In this document: positions 19,686 through 28,734 of the stretch, piece by piece
How the letters are laid out: each line of letters opens with the position of its first letter
Position numbering within the stretch: position 1 is the stretch's first letter
Assembly (NCBI RefSeq): GCF_017876815.1
Contig: NZ_JAGIOS010000001.1
Coordinates: forward strand, 1,350,001-1,382,000
DNA from: Sinorhizobium meliloti
GTDB taxonomy: Bacteria > Pseudomonadota > Alphaproteobacteria > Rhizobiales > Rhizobiaceae
DNA: 32,000 nucleotides
Reading direction: 5' to 3'
The notes under the pieces: generated by a model
What the model was told of the DNA's origin: nothing
The model's input: only the letters and a program-made list of their open reading frames with translations
Databases searched by the model: none
Made by a program: the position numbers and the translations under genes

Positions 19686-20345
19686 ATGGAAGTCGAGGAA
19701 CGGCTGAACGAAGTGCTGAGCCGGATTCGCGCAAGCGAGAAGTCGGCGAACCGTCCGGAAAATACCGTCAGTCTGGTGGCCGTGTCGAAAACCTTCGACG
19801 CCGAGACGATCCGGCCGGTGATCGAAGCTGGCCAGCGCGTCTTCGGCGAGAACCGCGTGCAGGAAGCGCAGGCCAAATGGCCCGCGCTCAAGCGTGAGAC
19901 CCCCGACATCGAGCTGCACCTGATCGGTCCGCTGCAATCCAACAAGGCTGCCGACGCCGTTGCGCTCTTCGACGTCATCGAGACGATCGACAGGGAGAAG
20001 ATCGCGCGCGCGGTCGCCGCCGAAATGAAGCGCCAGGGACGCGACATCCGCCTCTATGTTCAGGTGAACACCGGTCTCGAGCCGCAGAAGGCCGGCATCG
20101 CGCCGGAAGACGCGGCCGCTTTCGTCGCGCTCTGCCGTGACGAGTTGGCTCTGAACATCGAAGGACTGATGTGCATTCCGCCGTTCGACGAAAATCCGGG
20201 ACCGCACTTCGCCCTGCTCGCCAAGCTTGCCGGTCAGTGCGGCCTTTCCAGGCTCTCCATGGGCATGTCCGGTGACTTCGAAACGGCAATCGCCTTCGGC
20301 GCCACCGGCGTGCGGGTAGGCTCCGCCATTTTCGGAGCGCGCTGA
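19686..20345 (+). CDS. yggS: YggS/PROSC family pyridoxal-phosphate homeostasis protein
   Basis: LVAVSKTF (PLP lysine), FGENRVQEA, HLIGPLQSNK and SMGMSGDF motifs. The ATG at 19686 is preceded by AGGAG (19674-19678); the ORF maximum is the TTG at 19668. Confidence 0.88.
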   Translation: MEVEERLNEVLSRIRASEKSANRPENTVSLVAVSKTFDAETIRPVIEAGQRVFGENRVQEAQAKWPALKRETPDIELHLIGPLQSNKAADAVALFDVIETIDREKIARAVAAEMKRQGRDIRLYVQVNTGLEPQKAGIAPEDAAAFVALCRDELALNIEGLMCIPPFDENPGPHFALLAKLAGQCGLSRLSMGMSGDFETAIAFGATGVRVGSAIFGAR

Positions 20346-20457
20346 GTCCCGCTCCCCATTACCCTTTCGTCGGGGTTCCCGTTTACCTCCGTTCGCCTAT
20401 CTTTCGAAGTGGAGGAACCGGGCTTCTCGTCCGGAGAGCGAGTGGGAGGAAACGGGT

Positions 20458-22365
20458 ATGGCGAGCCGCTATTCCGAAGTGTATGCCGCGTGGAAAACCG
20501 ATCCGCACGGCTTCTGGGCAGATGCCGCATCGGCGATCGACTGGTTCAAGCGGCCGGAGCGCATTTTCGAGCCTGCCGGCGGCACCTATGGTCACTGGTT
20601 TCCGGACGGCGTCACCAACACCTGCCACAACTGCCTGGACCGGCATGTCGAGGCCGGCCGTGGCGAGCAGCTGGCCTTTATATACGACAGTCCCGTCACC
20701 GGACGGATCGAGAGGATCTCCTATGCGGACCTGCTCGCCGATGTGAAGGCTATGGCTGCGATCTACCGCAAGCTGGGCGTCGACAAGGGCGATCGCATCA
20801 TCATCTACATGCCGATGATCCCGCAGGCGGCGATCGCCATGCTCGCGGCAGCGCGGATCGGCGCGGTGCATTCCGTCGTCTTCGGCGGCTTTGCCGCCAA
20901 CGAACTCGCCATGCGCATCGATGATTGCCAGGCGAAGATCGTCGTCTCGGCGAGCTGCGGGCTGGAGCCCGGGCGAACCGTCGCCTACAAGCCTCTGCTC
21001 GATCAGGCGATCGAAACGGCCAGCCACAAGCCGGCCCGTTGCCTCATCTATCAGCGCGACATGCTCGCCGCCGAAATGGTTAGCGGCCGCGACATCGATT
21101 TCGCCGAAGCGCTTGCGGCGGCCAGAGACGCCGGTGAGGAAGCCTCTTGCACGCCGGTCGCCTCCACCGATCCGCTCTATGTCCTCTATACGTCCGGCAC
21201 GACCGGCCAGCCGAAAGGCGTCGTGCGGGACAATGGCGGCCACATGGTCGCGCTCAGATGGTCGATGGAGCACTTCTTCGGAGTCAATGCCGGCGACGTG
21301 TTCTGGGCGGCTTCCGACATCGGCTGGGTGGTCGGTCATTCCTACATCGTCTATGGGCCGCTCCTCAACGGCTGCACCTCGGTCCTCTTCGAAGGAAAGC
21401 CGGTCGGGACGCCCGACCCCGGAACCTATTGGCGCGTCATTTCCGAACGCGGCGTGGCCGTCATGTTCACCGCGCCGACGGCGCTGCGAGCGATCCGCAA
21501 GGAGGACCCGGAAGCGGCCCATGCGGGCCGTTACGACCTGTCGCGGTTCCGGGCGCTTTATCTCGCGGGCGAGCGGGCCGACCCGGACACGATCCGCTGG
21601 GCGGAACGGGCGCTGAAGGTCCCGGTCATCGATCACTGGTGGCAGACCGAAACAGGATGGCCCGTTGCCGGCAATCCATTGGGTCTCGGCCTCCTGCCGG
21701 TAAAATACGGTTCCCCGGCGGTTCCCCTCCCCGGCTATGACGTGCAGGTCGTCGACGACGCGGGCCACCCGGTGGAAACCGGCACGCTCGGCAATGTCGT
21801 GATCAAGCTGCCGTTGCCGCCCGGCTGCCTGCCGACTCTGTGGAATGCCGATCACCGCTTCCATGCGGCCTATCTCGAGGAATATCCCGGCTTCTACAAG
21901 ACGGCGGATGCCGGCTATGTCGACGAGGACGGCTATATCTTCATCATGGCCCGGACCGACGACATCATCAACGTCGCGGGACACCGGCTGTCGACGGGGG
22001 CCATGGAAGAGGTTTGCGCCAGCCATCCGGACGTCGCCGAATGCGCCGTGATCGGCATCGCCGATCCCCTCAAGGGGCAGGTGCCGGCGGGCTTCCTGGT
22101 CATCAACGCCAATGTTTCCCGTGAAACGGAAGAAATCGAGAAGGAGGTTGTCGGTCTCGTGCGCGAGCGCATCGGGCCGGTCGCCGCCTTCAGGACGGCG
22201 GTCTGCGTCAAGCGGCTGCCAAAGACGCGATCCGGCAAGATTCTGCGCTCGACGATCCAGAAGATCATCGACCGACAGCCATGGACGATGCCGGCAACGA
22301 TCGACGATCCGGCGATCCTGGACGAGATTACCGAACTGCTGCGGTCAAAGGGGATCGGCGTTTAG
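20458..22365 (+). CDS. prpE: Propionate--CoA ligase-like AMP-forming acyl-CoA synthetase
   Basis: The N-terminus YSEVYAAWKTDPHGFWADAASAIDW resembles PrpE. YTSGTTGQPKGV AMP-binding motif, WWQTETG, and [11 protein letters not shown]. 635 aa. It is a paralog of the acs gene at 23617. Substrate assignment is inferred only. Confidence 0.75.
   Translation: MASRYSEVYAAWKTDPHGFWADAASAIDWFKRPERIFEPAGGTYGHWFPDGVTNTCHNCLDRHVEAGRGEQLAFIYDSPVTGRIERISYADLLADVKAMAAIYRKLGVDKGDRIIIYMPMIPQAAIAMLAAARIGAVHSVVFGGFAANELAMRIDDCQAKIVVSASCGLEPGRTVAYKPLLDQAIETASHKPARCLIYQRDMLAAEMVSGRDIDFAEALAAARDAGEEASCTPVASTDPLYVLYTSGTTGQPKGVVRDNGGHMVALRWSMEHFFGVNAGDVFWAASDIGWVVGHSYIVYGPLLNGCTSVLFEGKPVGTPDPGTYWRVISERGVAVMFTAPTALRAIRKEDPEAAHAGRYDLSRFRALYLAGERADPDTIRWAERALKVPVIDHWWQTETGWPVAGNPLGLGLLPVKYGSPAVPLPGYDVQVVDDAGHPVETGTLGNVVIKLPLPPGCLPTLWNADHRFHAAYLEEYPGFYKTADAGYVDEDGYIFIMARTDDIINVAGHRLSTGAMEEVCASHPDVAECAVIGIADPLKGQVPAGFLVINANVSRETEEIEKEVVGLVRERIGPVAAFRTAVCVKRLPKTRSGKILRSTIQKIIDRQPWTMPATIDDPAILDEITELLRSKGIGV
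22113..22128. promoter_or_regulatory. Weaker parS-like site f
   Basis: TGTTTCCCGTGAAACG, 14/16 match, but one mismatch hits the central CACGTG core (A->C). It lies inside the prpE-like gene and also encodes V-S-R-E-T. Confidence 0.35.
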
Positions 22366-22366
22366 A

Positions 22367-22411
22367 GCGGGATGAGGAAAAGTGTGCGCGGTTTTCCGCC
22401 CCGCATCCCGC
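22367..22411 (+). repeat. REP-like nested hairpin element, copy 1 (immediately after the prpE-like stop)
   Basis: GCGGGATG-aGGAAAAgtgtgcgcgGTTTTCCgcccCG-CATCCCGC. The outer 8-bp stem and the inner GGAAAA/TTTTCC stem were read directly. It is near-identical to the copy at 23535..23582. Confidence 0.7.
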
Positions 22412-22430
22412 GTCTCAACTTCTTGGAATC

Positions 22431-22477
22431 GATCACGTTAATGCTTTTAGGTCGACTCGACTAAAAACATCGTGATC
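22431..22477. repeat. AT-rich 47-bp imperfect palindrome
   Basis: GATCACG ttaATG cTTTTAGgTCGA c TCGA CTAAAA a CAT CGTGATC. Pairing arms are GATCACG/CGTGATC, ATG/CAT, TTTTAG/CTAAAA and TCGA/TCGA. It is followed by CACTTCC-a-GGAAGTG (22481..22495). Confidence 0.6.
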
Positions 22478-22583
22478 TAGCACTTCCAGGAAGTGTGCGC
22501 GGGACTGCACCTCGTCCGCCTGCCGGCAAGCGGGGCCAAAAGGCAAGCGGCGCCCGCCTGCGCCGATCCTGTCAGCGACGGTC

Positions 22584-22615
22584 AATAAAAAACCCGGATC
22601 CTGCGATCCGGGTTT
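22584..22615 (-). terminator. Rho-independent terminator of the DUF1013 gene
   Basis: On the minus strand: aaacccggatc-gcag-gatccgggttt followed by TTTTTATT. It lies 26 nt after the stop codon at 22641. Confidence 0.8.
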
Positions 22616-22640
22616 GTGCATCTCGCCGATGGCGAAGCGA

Positions 22641-23339
22641 TCAGTAGTCGTCTTCCTCGTCGTCCTTGCGGTCCGACTTCAGCGACTTCAGCTTGGCGAA
22701 GACGGCATCGGCGTCGATTTCCTTTTCCTCTTCGCGATCCTGGCCGTAGTCGAGCTTCTCGGTTTCCTGTGCGGATTCGAGCGTTGCGCCGGTCTCGGCT
22801 GCCGAAGGCAGCGGGCGCCCCTTGGAGGCGCGCTCGACCTCGAGGTCCAGGTCGATCTGCGAGCAGAGGCCGAGAGTCACCGGGTCCATCGGCGTCAGGT
22901 TGGCGGAGTTCCAGTGGGTGCGCTCGCGAATCTGCTCGATCGTCGCCTTCGTCGTGCCGACAAGACGCGAGATCTGCGCGTCCTTCAGCTCCGGATGGTT
23001 GCGGACCAGCCACAGAATGGCGTTCGGGCGGTCCTGACGCTTGGAGACCGGCGTATAGCGCGGGCCCTTGCGCTTGGAGTCCGGGACGCGGACCTTCGGC
23101 TCCGAAAGCTTGAGTTTGTGATTCGGATTTCCTTCGGCGCGTGCGATCTCGTCGCGCGAAAGCTGACCGGTAGCGATTGGATCGAGGCCCTTGATACCCT
23201 GCGCCGATTCACCGTCGGCAATCGCCTTGACCTCGAGCGGGTGCAGCTTGCAGAACTGCGCGATCTGGTCGAACGAGAGTGCGGTGTTGTCAACCAGCCA
23301 GACGGCTGTTGCCTTGGGCATAAGCAGTTGCTGAGCCAT
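22641..23339 (-). CDS. DUF1013 domain protein (family named cell-cycle transcriptional regulator TrcR in some annotations)
   Basis: MAQQLLMPKATAVWLVDNTALSFDQIAQFCKLHPLEVKAIADGE... and a second similar segment NAILWLVRNHPELKDAQISRLVGTTKATIEQIRERTHWN. The C-terminal tail is highly acidic (..DDEEDDY). The family call comes from my recollection of the conserved alphaproteobacterial protein. Confidence 0.7.
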   Translation of the reverse strand: MAQQLLMPKATAVWLVDNTALSFDQIAQFCKLHPLEVKAIADGESAQGIKGLDPIATGQLSRDEIARAEGNPNHKLKLSEPKVRVPDSKRKGPRYTPVSKRQDRPNAILWLVRNHPELKDAQISRLVGTTKATIEQIRERTHWNSANLTPMDPVTLGLCSQIDLDLEVERASKGRPLPSAAETGATLESAQETEKLDYGQDREEEKEIDADAVFAKLKSLKSDRKDDEEDDY

Positions 23340-23534
23340 GGATATAGTCCTTTTGTCCGTCCGCGCCGGTGTCGCGGGCCGTGGAGTCTACCACTCATTT
23401 CCGGGAATTGGGGGTTCTATACCGTTCTTGTCTCGAAATTGCAATTCTTCACTTTCAAATGTGCTTTTGTCTAATTGCGGACCGGAAGCGACCTGCTTAT
23501 GAATTGTCGCAAAGGACCGGTGGGAGCCGATCCG

Positions 23535-23582
23535 GGGCGGAATGAGGAAATCTGTGCGCGGTTTTCCGCCGGCATTCCGCCC
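23535..23582 (+). repeat. REP-like nested hairpin element, copy 2 (35 nt upstream of the acs start)
   Basis: GGGCGGAATG-aGGAAAtctgtgcgcgGTTTTCCgccgg-CATTCCGCCC. It has the same architecture as 22367..22411, and a G->A change in the 5' arm is matched by C->T in the 3' arm. Confidence 0.7.
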
Positions 23583-23616
23583 ATGATCTGACCAGAAATG
23601 CGCAGGGAGGAAAATT

Positions 23617-25566
<1,950 letters not shown>

Positions 25567-25592
25567 TGTGAGCCGGGGTACGGGTGGCAACA

Positions 25593-25640
25593 GCCCCTCA
25601 TCCCGCTGCCGCGACCTTCTCCCCGCAAGCGGGGAGAAGG
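25593..25640 (-). repeat. Rhizobial REP-like element (CTCCCCGC-NN-GCGGGGAG hairpin family), copy A
   Basis: gcccctcatcccgctgccgcga-CCTTCTCCCCGC-aa-GCGGGGAGAAGG. Its reverse complement aligns with copy B. Confidence 0.7.
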
Positions 25641-25696
25641 GGCATTGCGGCCACCGCACTCCCTCGCATTTGCTGTAACCGCATCAGCATTCTCGT

Positions 25697-25736
25697 CCCC
25701 TCTCCCCGCTCGCGGGGAGAGGGTTAGGTGAGGGGC
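25697..25736 (+). repeat. Rhizobial REP-like element, copy B (inverted relative to copy A)
   Basis: CCCCTCTCCCCGC-tc-GCGGGGAGAGGG-ttaggtgaggggc. The terminal gtgaggggc is the inverse of gcccctca at 25593. Confidence 0.7.
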
Positions 25737-25810
25737 GAAGCGCAAAGCGATGTACGGGTGGAACGCAGCGGCCGATTCGCCACCGAAACGAAAACCCTGA
25801 CGGCCTGCCC

Positions 25811-26011
25811 TCAGAAATCGATCGCGCGGCCCTTGATCTCCCAATCGCCGAAGCGAGCCGGGTCGAGGCCGCCGCGCCCGCCGAGTTCCGCCGGCATATC
25901 CTTCGGCGCTTCGGCACGTCGCCGCTCTTCCGCCTCCTTCAGAGCGCGTAGCGCTGCCGGGGAAAGCGGACGTTTGGGGCGGTCGGGAGAATTGTCGTTG
26001 TCGTTCTGCAT
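25811..26011 (-). CDS. DUF1674 domain small protein (SDHAF4-like)
   Basis: ..RPLSPAALRALKEAEERRRAEA...ELGGRGGLDPARFGDWEIKGRAIDF matches the DUF1674 C-terminal signature (GGxxGxxPxRxGDWExKGxxxDF). The start is ambiguous: ATG at 26011 (66 aa) or ATGs at 26062/26065 (84 aa). Confidence 0.7.
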   Translation of the reverse strand: MQNDNDNSPDRPKRPLSPAALRALKEAEERRRAEAPKDMPAELGGRGGLDPARFGDWEIKGRAIDF

Positions 26012-26094
26012 ACCGGTCGCGGTTTCCGTAACGATATTGAAGAGCTGGCCGTTTATCCCCATCATATAGGCACTTCCGTGTGAACGGAAAAGCT

Positions 26095-26110
26095 TGATTC
26101 ACGTGAAACC
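26095..26110. promoter_or_regulatory. parS: parS site g
   Basis: TGATTCACGTGAAACC, 14/16 match. It contains GATTC. It lies in the divergent DUF1674/htpX intergenic region, 86 nt upstream of the htpX ATG. Confidence 0.7.
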
Positions 26111-26195
26111 TTCGCGCGTACCGAATGGAACGAAGCGGCTGCAGGCGGCTTTCCAAGAGGCGCGGGAAGGACACCGATTTGGTTGGAGCTCATTC

Positions 26196-27155
26196 ATGAA
26201 TCTCATGCGCACCGCAATGCTGCTCGCCTTCATGACCGTCCTCTTCATGGCCGTCGGCTATGTCATCGGCGGCCGCGGTGGCATGATGATCGCCCTCGTC
26301 ATCGCCGCAGGCATGAACTTCTTCTCCTACTGGAATTCCGACCGGATGGTCCTGCGGATGTACCGGGCGCAGGAGGTGGACGAGCACAGCGCGCCGGAAT
26401 ATTACGGGATCGTCCGCGATCTGGCGAAGAATGCCGGCCTGCCGATGCCGCGCGTCTACGTCATCGACAGCCCGCAGCCGAATGCCTTCGCCACCGGTCG
26501 CAATCCGGAGAATGCCGCGGTCGCCGCTTCGACGGGACTGCTGCATTCGCTTTCCTACGAGGAGGTTGCCGGGGTCATGGCGCATGAGCTCGCCCATATC
26601 CAGTATCGCGACACTTTGACGATGACGCTGACGGCGACGCTCGCCGGTGCGATTTCCATGCTTGGCAACTTCGCCTTCTTCTTCGGTGGCAACCGCGAGA
26701 ACAACAATCCGCTCGGCTTCATCGGCGTGCTGATCGCGATGATCGTTGCCCCGCTCGCGGCCATGCTGGTACAGATGGCGATCAGCCGTACACGCGAATA
26801 TTCCGCCGACCGCCGCGGTGCGGAGATATGCGGCAATCCGCTCTGGCTTTCCTCGGCGCTCCGCAAGATCGCCGGTGCCGCTCAGGTCATCCATAACAAT
26901 GACGCCGAGCGCAATCCGGCGACGGCGCATATGTTCATCATCAATCCTCTCTCGGGCGAGCGGATGGACAATCTGTTCTCGACCCATCCGAACACGGAGA
27001 ACCGGGTTGCGGCTCTGGAGAGAATGGCCCGCGAGACGTCCACGGGCTCGACGGCGCCGGTCCGCCCTGATAATGCAGGGCGCAAATCGCGCTCTGTCCC
27101 GAGAACCGGCTGGGGTCGCGGTGGTTCCGAACCGCCGAAAGGCCCCTGGTCCTGA
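26196..27155 (+). CDS. htpX: Zinc metalloprotease HtpX (M48 family)
   Basis: [17 protein letters not shown].., the HELAH zinc motif, [12 protein letters not shown], and [12 protein letters not shown] chose the ATG at 26196 over the TTG at 26094, which would read through a parS site. Confidence 0.92.
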   Translation: MNLMRTAMLLAFMTVLFMAVGYVIGGRGGMMIALVIAAGMNFFSYWNSDRMVLRMYRAQEVDEHSAPEYYGIVRDLAKNAGLPMPRVYVIDSPQPNAFATGRNPENAAVAASTGLLHSLSYEEVAGVMAHELAHIQYRDTLTMTLTATLAGAISMLGNFAFFFGGNRENNNPLGFIGVLIAMIVAPLAAMLVQMAISRTREYSADRRGAEICGNPLWLSSALRKIAGAAQVIHNNDAERNPATAHMFIINPLSGERMDNLFSTHPNTENRVAALERMARETSTGSTAPVRPDNAGRKSRSVPRTGWGRGGSEPPKGPWS

Positions 27156-28567
27156 TGCCCGAAGACAATAAGAACGATTCACGTCCGAAACGATCCCGAG
27201 AGCACAACCGCTCCGGAGGGGCAGGAGCCCGGCCCGGTGCGGATGCCGCGGCCAAACCGGGCCTGAAGAGCCGCCAGGCGGCTGCCAAGATCCTGGCGGC
27301 GGTCGTGGACCGCAAGACGCCGCTGGACGGAATGCTCGATCCGGAGCGCGGGAACCCGGCCTATCGCGAGTTGAGCGAAGCCGATCGCGCGCTGGTGCGC
27401 GCCATTCTCAACTCGGCACTCCGCCATCTGCCTCGTATTCGTGCGGCCATAGACTCGCTTCTGCAAACGCCTCTGCCCGAGGGTGCTCGGGCTCTCGAAC
27501 ATGTGCTGACCGTTGCCGCCACGCAAATTCTCTATCTCGACGTTCCGGATCATTCGGCCGTCGACCTCGCAGTGGAACAGGCCCAGTCCGATCCGCGCAA
27601 CCGCCGTTTCGCAAGCCTCGTCAACGCCGTGCTGCGGCGGCTTTCGCGTGAAAAGGAAGAAATTCTCGAAAAGCTGCGACAAGTCCCGGCGATGCCCGGC
27701 TGGTTCTTCGACAGGCTCGTCGCCTGTTACGGTCCCGACCAGGCCGAGCGCATCTCCGAGGCACAGCTCGTACCCGCCGCTATCGACCTGACCGTGAAAT
27801 CCGATGCCGCTTCCTGGGCGGAGCGGCTCGCCGGCACCGTGTTGCCGACCGGCTCCGTTCGTCTTCAGGAATTCTCCGGTTCGATCCCGTCGCTTTCAGG
27901 CTTTTCGGAGGGCGCCTGGTGGGTCCAGGACGCGGCCGCCTCCATTCCGGCGCGCCTTTTCGGGGATATTTCCGGAAAGAAGGTGGTCGATCTCTGTGCC
28001 GCGCCCGGCGGCAAGACGGCGCAGCTCGTCCTCGCGGGGGCGGAGGTGACCGCGCTCGATCAGTCTTCAAGCCGGTTGCGGCGGCTCAAGGCCAACCTCG
28101 AGCGGCTTGGCTTCGAGGCCCGAACCAAGGAGAGCGATATGGCCGAGTTCCGGCCGGAAGAACTCTTCGACGCGGCCCTTCTCGACGCCCCCTGCTCCTC
28201 GACGGGCACCACCCGGCGGCATCCCGACGTGCTCTGGACGAAAGGCCCGCAGGACGTCGAGAAGCTCGCCAGGCTGCAGGAACGGCTGCTGCGGCACGCG
28301 CTTACCTTGGTGAAGCCCGGCGGTCTCATCGTTTTCTCCAATTGCTCGCTCGACCCGCTGGAGGGCGAGGAGGTCGTCGCCCGCGTCGTCGCCGACAGCG
28401 GATGCGAACGGGTGCCGATCGACGCAGCCGATTGGCCGGGGCTCGAAAAGGCAATCACCGCGCTTGGAGAGTTCCGCACGACACCTGCGATGCTGCCGCT
28501 GGAACCGCCCTTCGCCGGTGGCCTCGATGGCTTTTATGCCGCCGTGCTGCGCCGTGCGGGTGCCTGA
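27155..28567 (+). CDS. rsmB: RsmB/NOP2/Sun family RNA (cytosine-C5) methyltransferase
   Basis: VVDLCAAPGGKT SAM motif, LDAPCSSTGTTRRHPD, and FSNCSLDPLEGE catalytic cysteine motifs, with a NusB-like N-terminal region. The ATG shares one nucleotide with the htpX stop (TGATG). rRNA target specificity is inferred. Confidence 0.82.
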   Translation: MPEDNKNDSRPKRSREHNRSGGAGARPGADAAAKPGLKSRQAAAKILAAVVDRKTPLDGMLDPERGNPAYRELSEADRALVRAILNSALRHLPRIRAAIDSLLQTPLPEGARALEHVLTVAATQILYLDVPDHSAVDLAVEQAQSDPRNRRFASLVNAVLRRLSREKEEILEKLRQVPAMPGWFFDRLVACYGPDQAERISEAQLVPAAIDLTVKSDAASWAERLAGTVLPTGSVRLQEFSGSIPSLSGFSEGAWWVQDAAASIPARLFGDISGKKVVDLCAAPGGKTAQLVLAGAEVTALDQSSSRLRRLKANLERLGFEARTKESDMAEFRPEELFDAALLDAPCSSTGTTRRHPDVLWTKGPQDVEKLARLQERLLRHALTLVKPGGLIVFSNCSLDPLEGEEVVARVVADSGCERVPIDAADWPGLEKAITALGEFRTTPAMLPLEPPFAGGLDGFYAAVLRRAGA

Positions 28568-28734
28568 GGGCGCTCATCAACAGACTGTTTTGCTGGAACA
28601 ATTGACGCCCTCGGACGGCCCGCCTATCAATGGCGGCAGGGTTGATAAATATTTAATGATCTTTCCCGCACGATTCCGATCTTCTGCTTGATCCTCGAAT
28701 CGGCTCCGGTTCAAGAGGAAACCCACGGGCGCCG

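Noticed and set aside
22281-22621. ORFs 22281..22475 (+, 64 aa) and 22433..22621 (-, 62 aa) in the prpE/DUF1013 convergent gap
   Set aside because: The first is a frame reading out of the prpE-like 3' end through the REP-like hairpin (the EEKCARFSAP peptide is simply the repeat translated). The second runs through the terminator hairpin. Neither has a start context.
27175-27192. CGATTCACGT-CC-GAAACG, a parS-like sequence with 2 extra bp in the centre, at the rsmB 5' end
   Set aside because: The half-sites are good, but the central CACGTG is disrupted by a 2-bp insertion that would misphase them. It may be a decayed parS, but I do not call it a functional site.
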